A stretch of 63,061 nt of DNA, the filler included, from Octopus bimaculoides (Eukaryota): the NCBI RefSeq assembly GCF_001194135.2. It is 6 parts of 6 records of this genome, joined end to end, with 100 filler letters (N's around TTAATTAATTAA, not from the genome) between each part and the next. Parts side by side here need not be neighbours in the genome. Positions count along the whole stretch, not along the records: positions 1 to 15,775 come from NC_068985.1; positions 15,876 to 32,609 come from NC_068993.1; 4 more parts are not named here. One strand, written 5' to 3'. Within the stretch, counting starts at the first letter, position 1; the number at the start of each line of letters is the position of its first letter. Both the position numbers and the translations under genes were made by a program. This document shows, piece by piece, positions 10,965-23,406 of this stretch. The notes under the pieces were generated by a model that made no database searches, had not been told where the DNA came from, and saw nothing but the letters and a program-made list of their open reading frames with translations.

Positions 10965-12758
10965 TGGCATAACTACAGATGTGTACCCCCCACTGACTTT
11001 GTTGCCTCACAACTTCCAGAAAAATGAATACTTTTTAACAAAATTTTCAACAAATATTGCTTAAATTCTGTGGATTCAGAGTATATAGGGATTTATGGAA
11101 AAGAACTTTTTCTATGGGGTAGGGAGAGGAGTTTTGGAAAATTCACACAATCCGACTTTTTTCCCCTCTTAACTTTCAGGAAGATGGATATCTTTTAATG
11201 AAATTTTATACAAATACCTTTCAAATAAGTTGGATCTACTCCATTTTGATGGGAATTTTTCCCATTCTTTTTAACCACAGCCTTTGAAATGAGGTGGGCA
11301 GGGAACATCTTTTTATGAAAAAAAAGTTTAAAAAATTTTTTTTCTACAACCACCCACCCTCATCATCCCACTCCAGACCAATTTTGGCCAATTTTTTTTG
11401 TCCTTCAAAACCATGGGCGGAGCCTTTTTGGTAAGAAAAATATAATATTGTTAATATTTTCAGAGGAAAAAGTGAGTGATTTAAGTGAGTTTTGGCAGTT
11501 GTTTCTAGCACAGCCCAAGACAACCATCTTCGTTTCTTTCTCACTCTTGAATGTATTGATGTTTTTCAATATTTTTCTCCCCATAAATACATTTATATGC
11601 TATGAAAAAAAAAATTTGAAAAATTATGATTTCTTTTTTTTTTTTGTAACCCTACACCCTGCCCCCAATTGTTTCTGTTTATAAATTAAAATATTGGAGA
11701 GCCTGAGAAGGTCATTGCTGGCATTTACCCACAGTGATATGTAAACGATAATTAATTTTAATAACATACTTTTCCATTAGAAAATGTTTTTTCTTACATG
11801 CACACATGGCTTCACTTGAAGGTAGGGATAAAAATTAAAGTTATAATTTTTTTTTGTTTTTTTGTTGCTTATATTCCGCCAACAGACCACACATGTGTTA
11901 TTTCNNNNNNNNNNNNNNNNNNNNNNNNNNNNNNNNNNNNNNNNNNNNNNNNNNNNNNNNNNNNNNNNNNNNNNNNNNNNNNNNNNNNNNNNNNNNNNNN
12001 NNNNNNNNNNNNNNNNNNNNNNNNNNNNNNNNNNNNNNNNNNNNNNNNNNNNNNNNNNNNNNNNNNNNNNNNNNNNNNNNNNNNNNNNNNNNNNNNNNNN
12101 NNNNNNNNNNNNNNNNNNNNNNNNNNNNNNNNNNNNNNNNNNNNNNNNNNNNNNNNNNNNNNNNNNNNNNNNNNNNNNNNNNNNNNTTGTACACCTTTTC
12201 CTCTGAAAATATTTACAACTTTTTTTTCTTTTACTAAAAAGGCTCCTCCCATGGTTTTTGAGTTTAAAAAAATATAAGCCAAAATCACTTTGCAGTGGGA
12301 TGGCAAGGAATTTCAAAAATTTTCAAAACTTTTTTTCATAAAACATACTCACCATCATTTCAAAGGCTGTGGTGAAATTAAAAAAAATGGGAAAACTCCC
12401 CATTCCAACTTATTTGGTCTTCCATTTTTTCAAAAGTCCTCTCCCCACTCCCTTGGAAAAAAATTTCCCCACAAATTTCTTTATAATTGTAATCTATGTT
12501 GTTTGAAAGGTATTTGTATAAAATTTCATTAAAAGAAATCCATTTTCCTAAAAATCATGAAGGAAAAAAGTTGGATTATGTGAATTTTCCAAAACTCCTT
12601 TCCCCACCCCCTCAGAAAAATTCTTTCCCATAAATCTCTATATACACTGAATTCACAGCATCTAAGCAGTATTTGTTAAAAATTTTGTTAAGAAGTATCA
12701 TTTTTCTGGAAGTTATGAGGCAACAAAGTCGGTGGGGTGCACATCTGTAGTTATGCCA
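10965..12758. mobile_element. Foldback-like element with inverted arms of about 500-570 bp and a central N gap
   Basis: tggcataactacagatgtg (10965) versus cacatctgtagttatgcca (ends 12758). Arms stay complementary inward to about 11475 and 12190 (e.g. aatgaaattttatacaaatacc / ggtatttgtataaaatttcatt), with indels. Confidence 0.8.
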
Positions 12759-12984
12759 ACAAAACTATCTCGGTGTTCACAGTAAAGGGTAATAACTCCA
12801 GGTTCCACTGCTTAAATTTGTGGAAGCCATGATCCGATTTACACGAAACTTGTTTTATTCCATTTGTATTCACATTTCAGGGGTACTTTACTTTCAGAGT
12901 ATTTTCCCATTATGTGCTGGTTTGGCTGTATTAAATTACAGACAAGATCGCAAGCAAGTAATCACAGTTTTAGTAGTACATAGA

Positions 12985-14070
12985 TGAGATGCAGTTTGGT
13001 TTTGTATTAGGGAGAATTAATACTGATGGTATTTTCTTAGTAAGGGAGCTAGAGGAGAAAAATTTAGCTAAAAATAAAGCATTGTATTTGGCATTTGTTG
13101 ATCTGGAGAAAGCCTTTGACAGAGCTCCTTGCTTTCTAATCTGCTGGTCTCTAAGGAAGCTAGGGGTAAGAACAATATAACCATGTACAGTAGTACTGTC
13201 AGTAAGGTGAGTAAGAATAAGTACAGCAGTGAAGTTAGAGTACAGCTAGGAGTTCACCAAGGTTCATTTCTCAGTCCCCTCCTATTTATCATAGTCCTCC
13301 AGGCTATAACAGAAGGATTTAAGACTGGTTTCTTAGAAACTATGCTAATAACCCACTCTTATAGCAGAATCTGTAATAGACTTAAAGAAATTCCAGGTGT
13401 GGAAGCAAAACTTGGAATCAAAGGCCCTTATAGTTTAACTTGGCAAAGACTAAAGTTCTAGAGAGCAGGAAAACAGACAGGATTCTACTCCCATCAGATA
13501 AATGGCGTTGCTCAATATGTAGGAAAGGTGTAGGCTGGAATTTTTTATGCTCTACCCAGTGCAAGCTATGGACACACAAGACATGCTGTAGAATCACAGG
13601 AAGATGTGCAAGCACTAAATGCACATGGGAAATATATTTCTTTGAATGTTCAAGAAACTCAATAGAGAAAGTAGATAGTTTTTGTTACTGAGGTGATCTA
13701 ATTAGCAGTGGAAGACGTTCTGAAAGTACAGTTGCTAGAATAAGAATAGATGGAGAAAGTTCAGAGAGCAATTACTTCTATTGGCAACAAAAGATTTACC
13801 TCTCAGAGTGAAAGGCAGAGTGTTTGATGCTTGCCTACAAAGAGTAACATTGCATGATAGTGAGATATGGGCCCTGAATTCAGAGGACATGGAAAAGCTA
13901 GAAAGGAATACAGCTGGATGCATTAGTGTGCATGGATAACAAAGTACAAATATATTGAGAGAAAAATTAGGTATAAGTGGAATCAGATATAGCATTGCAA
14001 GAGAAAAAACTGTGATGATTTGGTCATGTGATGCATATAGGTAAGGACAGTTGTATTAAGTGCTGATTAC
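12985..14070 (+). mobile_element. Degenerate RTE RT fragment (same family as 5228-7110)
   Basis: MQFGFVLGR...LYLAFVDLEKAFDR...LRKLGV; GVHQGSFLSPLLFIIVLQAITE; VDSFCY; later RARTN-type and CETW-like remnants. Confidence 0.85.
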
Positions 14071-14568
14071 TTAAAACACCCATCCTTCCCTCAGCCACAG
14101 TCTTCTAACTAAGCCACTGTTCAGAGCAGAATCAGCACATATTTCATTTCCACCTTTTATGCTAGCAGATATCATTTTTGTTCCCCTGGAACACCTTCCT
14201 ATAAACATCCATCCTTCTATCTTATTGTCATCCCTTCTCCCACTATTTTTCACCAATTTCTCCCATTCTATGTCTTCAGTAATCACTCTCTCTCTCCAAA
14301 GTCCACCACAACTTTAACATCTTTCCCATCTACTATCATTCACAATCACTCATTACAGCCACCCTTATATACTGCAGACCTCCATTTCTGTCACTGTACT
14401 TCCTCCCCCACCCCCACACACTTACACTATGTATGTCTTCTTTTTACTTTCTGACCTATCAACAGGTTTATGATACTGTTAAGTAGCCTTTCTGTGTTGT
14501 CATTTGTGTCACTTCCTTCCACTCCAAACACCTTTAGCTATTTGTCACTCTCCTTCCACTCTTTTCAT

Positions 14569-14612
<44 letters not shown>

Positions 14613-15402
14613 NNNNNNNNNNNNNNNNNNNNNNNNNNNNNNNNNNNNNNNNNNNNNNNNNNNNNNNNNNNNNNNNNNNNNNNNNNNNNNNNNNNNNNNN
14701 NNNNNNNNNNNNTATATATATATATATATACATACACACATACATATATATATACACTTACAAATACACACACACATATATATATATATATACATAGATA
14801 TATATATGCATACATATATATACATAAATGCATACATACATACACATACACATCTATATACGTACATATATATATGTATGTATATCCTATTCAGAATCCC
14901 GCTTTTGGTTTTTATGTTTGTTGTATATTATCGTAGATTTTTCTATCCCAAAAATACTTTGAACTTAAACTGACTCCTTGAGAACATTGTACTCAGTTTC
15001 CATCCAGAGTAAAACATTTCAGAAAATTGAGGTGGGAATAAATGGAAAAAAAAAAACTGCAAAAGTTTGCAGCACTCAGATATCATGTAAAATAATGTTG
15101 GATGGTGTAACTTAATTATCTACATAGTGTAATGAAATTTGCACAGAAATTCTCATTTAAAAATGACTCGGCTATTACAGCTGGATTTGGGCATGTTGGT
15201 ATCATTCACCACTGAGCAAAATAGAAAGGCCATTTAACTATTCTTTAATTGAAAATGTCATTCAGCTAACAACCGTTGTGATAGATCGAAGTCCCACTCA
15301 CTTTCCATTTCTTAACTGTCAATGCACAACCGCACATTGATTATAGATGGATAGATGATTTCGAATGCATCCTCTATCATAAGGTATGCAGATCAAAAAG
15401 TT

Positions 15403-15575
15403 GGTTGACAACACAAACATACACACGATGAGCTTCTTCCAGTTTCCATCTACTAAATCTACTCACAAGGATTTGGTTGGCCCAAGGCTATAGTAGAAAA
15501 CACTTGCCCAAGGTGGAATGCAGCTGGACTGAACCCGAAATCATGTGGTTGGTAACCAAGCTACATACTGCACAG
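15403..15575 (-). mobile_element. tRNA-derived SINE family A, 5' half
   Basis: Reverse complement matches the head of 23836-24252 (gtggctgtgc/ggt...ggttcagtcc...ccttgggcaagtgt). Confidence 0.8.
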
Positions 15576-15775
15576 CCACTTCCACTCGCTTCAGACTTGT
15601 ACACACCATCACTTGTAGACAAGATCGCTGATTAACAAGCACGAGTAAATTTTGTGAATGGGTGGAAACCCCAGAGTGTTTGAGGGACACTGACATTTAA
15701 GGTAAGAATAAGATTTTGGCTAAAACCCTATGAGAACTAAGTTCATATCTGGAACTTTCAAATGATATATAATTT

Positions 15776-15875
15776 NNNNNNNNNNNNNNNNNNNNNNNNN
15801 NNNNNNNNNNNNNNNNNNNTTAATTAATTAANNNNNNNNNNNNNNNNNNNNNNNNNNNNNNNNNNNNNNNNNNNN
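15776..15875. other. Synthetic scaffold spacer N44-TTAATTAATTAA-N44
   Basis: Exactly 100 bp, with a palindromic six-frame stop core at 15820-15831; identical at four other sites. Confidence 0.97.
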
Positions 15876-15917
<42 letters not shown>

Positions 15918-16717
15918 GTGTGTGTGTGTGTATGTGTCTGCATGTTTGTGTATGAGTGTACATGTATGAATGTATATAAGAGTGTTTGTATATACACACG
16001 CATTTTCTTTATCTTATTTAGCAGGGTGCATTTGTAAACGTATATACACATATACGAATGCTCATGCACGCAGGAACGCACACGTACACTCACATACACT
16101 TCCAAGCACATATGCACACACACACACACATGCCAAAAATGCATACACATACACATATGACGTAAATGATCTAAGTGCTCACCCTTTCTCTTGCATGTGT
16201 GTGAGTTTATGTCTGAGTGTGTGTCAGTATGTGTGTGCGTGTGTGTGTGTATGTGTATGAAAACCATGAGTTATACCAGATATCACGCTGTTACAAAAAG
16301 CAATTTAGGAAACAGGAAGGAACCCGATCCTAGGTATCGAACCTAACGTTACCGATTTTACGCTTTTACTCTTTAACTGTCTTACTTGTCTCAACCATCG
16401 ACTGTGGCCATGCTACGGCACCACCATAATTGTTTCTGTTTCTACAGCCCTCAGTTCTGGCGTTGTATTTTACTGAATCAGGAAGTTCAGGCGCTTGTAC
16501 AACTCTTGTATAAGATAAATCTTGTACTAAAACTCAATGTATGATCCATTTTCTGTTGTTTCTAACCCAACCAGTTCCAACCAGAATAGCCAAGCCTACA
16601 TCATCAGGGGAAGTTAACACGTATGTATACTGGCTAAGCATACATACATGTTCAGTTTGCACCGTGTAACCGTGCATCGTTGTCACCAGATATATTCATC
16701 GTGTGAGGGTTTGTCCG

Positions 16718-16749
<32 letters not shown>

Positions 16750-16827
16750 TGTATGTATGTATGTATGTATGTATGCATGTATGTATGTATGCATGCATGT
16801 ATGTATTATGTATGTGTGTATGTATGT

Positions 16828-16983
16828 TTGCCGTTATTTAGTCTTATTTCGAGGTTTCATGCCAATAAAGAAAGAGTTGGTTTCTAACCAAGATCCAAGG
16901 CTCCTTCATTGGAATTTTAACATCAACACTGTATTTTTGTATATATGTATGTATACATGTATGTATGTATGTATACATGTATG

Positions 16984-17014
<31 letters not shown>

Positions 17015-17266
17015 GAATGTATGTATGTATGTATGTATGTATGTGCGTGTGTAGATTTGTATATTTTGTTTTATGTATGTATTCTCATGCATATGGTTTC
17101 ATGTCTAGACATGCTCATATTTACTTAAATGATAAACTTCTGGAAAGTTTTACAGATCTTTATAGTTCCAGTAATGACCTGGATCTGTAGTCTTCGAATC
17201 AACTTGCTCCATTCCGATTATGAGGAGCCTAATTTACGATTAGTTACTTAGGCAGTGCGACGCATA
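16828..17266 (-). mobile_element. 3' end of an R4/Dong-like LINE (family 2) flanked by (TATG)n
   Basis: Reverse complement encodes ...LIRRLQIQVITGTIKICKTFQKFII*, and the UTR matches 21108-21356 and 35931-36385. Confidence 0.75.
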
Positions 17267-17329
17267 ATGTATGTATGTATTATGTATGTATGTATGTATG
17301 TATGTATGTATGTATGTATGTATGTGTGT

Positions 17330-17366
<37 letters not shown>

Positions 17367-18084
17367 CGTGGGTTGTTTAAAGTAATCACTCAAATCTGAA
17401 ACCAAGGCTTAAAGATTGGTAGCTTGAATGATGCCCTTGTTATAAAACATAACCTATTTTAGTCACGTCAATCCCAAACAAAATTCTTAAGGTCATCCGT
17501 CCAACGCTAAACTGGATGTGGCAGATTCAAGAACTCTCAAAAGTAAAATAATTTTTAAAAAAAGCAGAAAAAAAGGATACAGAAAGCAGGAGTAAAATCC
17601 GAAATCAGAAACAAGCATCTCATCAACTAGAATTATTCTGACTCTGATCCTAATAAGTTAACGGCTTAAATCGTCTGTTAGGGGTGTGCGTGATACGAAG
17701 GACGCCCACATGAAATAGCCTAACTTGTTGTAATCTAAAAGATAAAAGCAACAACAACAGCAACGAAATTCAAATTCTGGGGAACGGAATTTCACTGACT
17801 GATACGAAAACAATATATTAAAAATAAAAGAAGGGAAGAAAAAGAGAGAAGAAATTTGGGTTGATGTAGGTTGATGTTTTGACAGACATCGTTAGGGAGA
17901 TAGAGTGGAGGTGGGAAGGAAGAAAGAAAGAAAGAAAGAGAGGAGAGAAAGAAAGAGGGAGTGAAGGGGGAAGGTAGAGAGGGGGAATGAGTCAGTTAAT
18001 TTTTCTAGACAAACCATTGTGGTTAACACAATGAAAAAAGTTCGAGAAGGAATGTAAATTAAATCACTGAAGGTAATGGCGATA

Positions 18085-18190
18085 AGAATGATGATGATGA
18101 TGATGATGATGACGTTGTTGTTGATGATTATGATGATGATGATTATGATGATGATTATGATGACGACATTGATGATGGTGATGATGATGA

Positions 18191-18221
<31 letters not shown>

Positions 18222-18430
18222 GATGACGATGATGATGATGATGATGACGATAAAGGTGATGATGTGAAGTGGGTGGAAATGATGAGAATGATGATGTTGA
18301 ACAGAGAAAGAAAATACAATGATAATGATGATGATGATGATGATGGTGGTGATCTTGATGAAGATAGTAATGGTGGCGGTGCTGAAGATGGTGATGGTGG
18401 TTATGATTGTGGTGGTGCTGATGATGCTGG
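18085..18430. repeat. Imperfect (GAT)n/(GGT)n microsatellite
   Basis: Visible directly; source of the spurious poly-His and poly-Met ORFs. Confidence 0.95.
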
Positions 18431-18439
18431 TTTTGTGAA

Positions 18440-18915
18440 TTAGACACAGGATGAACCAATTTGAAGGGGGAGCAATTCAGCCGATTAAATCAACCCCTGT
18501 ACTTGATTGATATAACATTTCAAGGACTCCGGTGGAGTAAATGATTAGGTTGACCTCGGCAGGACTTGAACTCAGAATGTTAAGGGCCGGAACAAACGCA
18601 ACAAAACACTTTGTCCAGCGCTCTAATAATTCTGATAAATATACCGCATTTATAACAACAACGATAGCTCCGAAAAACAATAATAACAATAATAACAATA
18701 AAAATAGGATCAAATATTGGCACAAGGCCAGCAATGTTGGGGCAAGGGGTTAAGTCGATTACATCGACCCCAGTGTTCAACTGTTACTTTATTAACCCCG
18801 AAAGGATGAAAGACGAAGTTGACCTCGGTGGAATTTGAACTCAGAACGCAAAGACAGGCGAAATACCGCTAAACATCCTGCCTAGCGTGCAATCGATTCT
18901 GCCAGCTCATCGCTT
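18440..18915 (-). mobile_element. Two tandem tRNA-derived SINE family B copies with (ATT)n-type tails
   Basis: Reverse complement: gcga..gagctggcagaatcg...gttctgagttcaaattccaccgaggtcaact...ggggtcgatgtaatcgact...ggccttgtgcc. Confidence 0.85.
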
Positions 18916-18917
18916 TA

Positions 18918-18988
<71 letters not shown>

Positions 18989-19012
18989 TGATGATGATGA
19001 TGATAATAACCA

Positions 19013-19165
19013 CCATTACTTGAACTGCAAGAGTTCTCCGCAGAGTTCTTGAAGCATGATCGGTAAACAAGTGTCACCTTACTTTACTGGCTGTTGACAC
19101 CCGACACTTTCCATCATACGCAGCAAAATGAGCTGAGATTTTTCATCAAATAATAATACCAGCCT
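19013..19165 (+). mobile_element. R4/Dong-like LINE extreme 3' end between (AAT)n tracts
   Basis: Reads TARVLRRVLEA* (GTARILR-type C-terminus), then UTR and aataataata. Confidence 0.6.
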
Positions 19166-19169
19166 TGAA

Positions 19170-19340
19170 TGTTAGTACGAAGCCAAGGGTTTCGAGGATA
19201 GGGATTTAATCAGTTATACAGACCCCTGTACACGACTGGTACTATTATCGACCTCGAGAGGGTGAATGGTAAAATTGACCATGGTCGTATTTGAACATAG
19301 AAAAGGTGAAGATTCTAACGGATTTTGTCAGCTCAAGGTC
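19170..19340 (-). mobile_element. Diverged SINE family B copy
   Basis: Matches the family B body (ttaatcagttataca.acccc...actggtact...atcgacctcg). Confidence 0.65.
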
Positions 19341-19727
19341 TGAATTTTGAGTAAGGGAGATAATTGATATCATAATAATGTATTCCTTTATCTGTTACCA
19401 GGGGGGGGGGGCAGATGAACGGCAGAACTTCAAGGACACAGAGAAAGGGTGAGAGATTACATGGAAAATCGAATGATGATGTTAATGCTGCTGCTCCTGA
19501 TGATGACGACGACGACGACGGTGTAGGTCTTCTGACATCTAAAGTCATCTAAAGTTAATGGAAGAACCTCAAAGACCCAAGATCACTCTGAATGGCAAGG
19601 GGCAATTGCCCAGACCAATCATCGTTCTACGACCTTTAAGCTATACTTGGAGCGATCCATCCACTCATTCCATTTTCGGAACTCACTTCTGTATAAATTT
19701 CTATATATTTACTTCAAGACGGCGTCC

Positions 19728-19788
<61 letters not shown>

Positions 19789-20367
19789 ACTCACTCTCAC
19801 CATGTTTTGCAAGAGATACTTGAGAAAGTCAATAAGATCTGTATGAAAGACGAGAGCGTCTGTTCTCGAGAGTTTCCAACCGCGCAAACCACCACCACCA
19901 CCACGACTAAAGTCACAGCTACCATTATTACAACATCACCACTGCTACCACTGAGACAAAGACCATCACCACCACAACCACCACTACCACCACTACCACC
20001 ACGACCACCACAATCATCATCATCATCAACCGACAATGATCAAGACTCGAGGTTTACTCGACAACAACCGTTTCCCTATATCGGTTGTGGGTTTTTTTTT
20101 ATTCGTCTAAGACAGCTGTTCTGTTAGCAAAACCTCCGCGACCACCACAACATATTACCCTCTACACTCGCACACACAGACACACACACACACACGCACG
20201 CACAGACGCACACATGAACATAGACATTTCGAGGACAACACTTCAACTTTCCATTCCACTTCATAACTGCGAGGTAATTGTATCGAAATTGAACAATTTT
20301 TGTTTGAAGATCAATGAACCTCTCTCTTTCTCTCTCCCTCTCTCTTCCCCCCCTCTCTCTCTCTCTC

Positions 20368-20398
<31 letters not shown>

Positions 20399-20611
20399 AT
20401 GTATTTATACACACACATCTATCTATCAATCTATCGATTTAACTGTCTGGCTGTGTACCTATCCATATATATGTATCTCTCTTCCAGTCTTTCTCCCTCT
20501 CTCTCTCCCTTTCTCTCTCTCTCTCCCTCTCTCCTCTCTCTCTCTCTCTATATATATATACACGCACTTATATATTTGTGTATGTGTATATATATATATA
20601 TACACACACAC

Positions 20612-20642
<31 letters not shown>

Positions 20643-21028
20643 TATATATATATATATATTTGCGTATAAACACACACACACAAACAAACTTTCCTACTCG
20701 TCTCTACGAGACAGTCCAGCCATATGTTACAGTACAGGTATCGAAATAGTGAGCGAGCAGACATTTCCCAATGTCGAAGATCTCACACATCCAAATGTCC
20801 CACGACGACAACAACAACAACGGCAACAACAACGACTACAATAACAATAACAGCAACAATAGCAATAGAAACAGCGACACCAATAACCATTCGTGTGTCC
20901 CCCACCACCACCTGGCACACTTCACACCTCGTTGCCCCAACTCGTGGTCCTGCCAACCACTATTGCATCTACCACAGTGGCGCCTGTACCTATGGTTTCG
21001 TCGCTGACCACTCTCCAGACAAGTATAA

Positions 21029-21069
<41 letters not shown>

Positions 21070-21107
21070 CGTCACCACCACTGTCATACATACATACGTG
21101 CGTACAT

Positions 21108-21356
21108 AAAAGTCTGTAAAACTTTTCAGAAGTTTGTCATTTACGTATTACTGATCATGTCTAGACACGCAGCTATATGCATGAGAATACATGCATAGAA
21201 CAAAACATACAGATCTACATATATACATACACACATGCGTATAAACATACATACATGCATACATATGTTGGAATTCCATTGAAGAAACCTCGGGTCTAGG
21301 TTAGAAACCAGCTCTTTCTCTGTTGGCAAGAAATCTTGAAATGAAACTGAATAATG
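21108..21356 (+). mobile_element. 3' end of R4/Dong-like family 2 between (CATA)n tracts
   Basis: KVCKTFQKFVI, then UTR ending ...aactgaataatg-acatacatac; (CATA)n immediately upstream. Confidence 0.75.
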
Positions 21357-21370
21357 ACATACATACACAA

Positions 21371-21579
21371 ATGTAGATATGTCTTTGAAAATCAGAGAGA
21401 AAGAGAGAGGTAGAGAGAGGTACAGAGAGGTAGAGAGAGGATAACTACGGACGACTAGGTCCACATTATCAATTCACATTTATACCAGTAATAATTATTG
21501 GTATAAATGTGAATTGATAATCTGGGTACAGAAACTGGAGGTTTCAATCTGTAGTTATCCTCTATCTCTGTCTCCATCT

Positions 21580-21619
<40 letters not shown>

Positions 21620-21639
21620 TTTCAAAGAGATACTTACAT
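21371..21639. mobile_element. Palindromic MITE-like element with a central perfect hairpin
   Basis: Outer IR atgtagatatgtctttgaaaatcaga / tctgattttcaaagagatacttacat; middle IR gaggataactac / gtagttatcctc; central 23-bp perfect IR at 21465-21487 and 21499-21521. Confidence 0.8.
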
Positions 21640-22122
21640 ATCTCTACCTATAATTGGTGCACTTGCTTTTGTGAATAAATGACTTCGTGACAATATATAT
21701 AAGCTAAGCTTTTCACAAAAAGAAACCAATCCGTTAACTCGTACATTAGAAATACCATTTGTGAGTGGATCAGTAAAAATATGCACGACTCACCCGGAGT
21801 TTAAAATGTGACGTTGTCTTTGTTATTTACATTCCAACGGCGGAGCTTCGTATCGCTTCGTATCATTTCACTCCGTGCGATAACACATACACAAAATGGT
21901 GTATCACTCCCTGCAGTTTACAGACAAAACTAAAACCATAGGTATAGTGACAGACAAAATACGATTTCAATCAAAATATAAATTACTTGATATATTTCAT
22001 GTATCTAAGTACGTGTAAAATATCTAGTCTCAATATTTAATCAATCTTCTAAAGTAAATATTTCAATACACTTGTTCTTACTGACCCTTATATTTTGACT
22101 GCTACTGCATATGCATGTATAG

Positions 22123-22167
<45 letters not shown>

Positions 22168-22171
22168 CGCG

Positions 22172-22385
22172 CGCGCGTCTCTGTTTGTCTACCACGACCG
22201 CTTGACAACCGTTGGTGGTGGTGTTTACGTCCCAATAAAATATTGGGGTTCGGCATAAGAGACTGATGGAATAAGTACTAGGCTTGGAAAAATTGGTTCT
22301 AGGGTCGATTTTTAGACTAAACCCCTTCCGAGTGGTACCCCAGTATAGCTGCAGTCAAATGACTGAAACAAGTAAAAGATTAAAG
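22172..22385 (+). mobile_element. SINE family A, 3' half
   Basis: cgcttgacaaccg...tgtttacgtccc...gcagtcaaatgactgaaacaagtaaaag. Confidence 0.85.
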
Positions 22386-22569
22386 ATATACTTACATACA
22401 CACGTACATACATAATACATACATACATGAATCATAGAAGCGTATAGCTCTGACATATGGATGTTTTTTTGCACGACTCACTAGTGAGAGACCCACCTAG
22501 ACATATGGCTCCATCATCATTAGAAACAAATATCTCACTGAATTTGAGTTGATATGATTTGTAAGTGTG

Positions 22570-22675
22570 CAGGAAGTAATAAAGAGAATCGAAACGTCTG
22601 TCTTAGCCACAACCAGATAGAGTTGTATAAATTCTTTACAACTCTATCGTTATAAAAATTCTTTATTACTTCCTG
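22570..22675. repeat. Nested inverted repeat (small MITE-like)
   Basis: caggaagtaataaag / ctttattacttcctg enclosing a perfect 12-bp stem gatagagttgta / tacaactctatc (22616-22648). Confidence 0.7.
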
Positions 22676-23406
22676 TATAATTCGAAGTTATTTGAAATTA
22701 ATGTTTGTTTATATTTATATATTTCGATATGTATGGACAAGATTCTGTTTTACTATGTTGAATAGATTTAAGTGTATAGCATTTTGAAGAATCAATAGTT
22801 AAGGACAGATAATAAATTTTGCCATCTCCGTTTGAGTTCTCTAAGAATATTTTCCTGTTTCCACGAAAAATATTTATTTCCAGTATTAATGCGAAATACT
22901 AATTTCGTAAATTGTTTTTAGAATGTGAGTTTTAATGACTAATTTTGAAATCTAATGTCTCTTTGTAAAGTGTTTTTAGGTTTCTGTGTGGTCGTAACCT
23001 TGTCGTCTGAACACGTATGCACTGGCGAATAGAACCGGGAATGAGAACGAACGAACGAACGAAAGAACAAACGAGCGACCAAATCTGATTCATCACTGAT
23101 GCGCCTACAACGAGACGTAAAGGGTAGCAAAGCGGCATATGGTAACAAGTAAGATATGTGCATGGGTAAGAACCAAAAAATCTGTAATTAAAAGGAAAAC
23201 ATGGCGGCTACAGCATCACGTTACTTTGATTGGTCATACGAAAAATCGCCCAAAATCAAATCGAATAATAGGATCATTGGATATTATAAATCCAAGACAT
23301 CTGTTTGACTCCAAAGGAATTTATTGAGAATGACATCCTTATACAAATCTGCTTTAGCTATGGTTAAAGTACAAAGGTCTACTTATCATACGTGGTCATC
23401 TTACAG

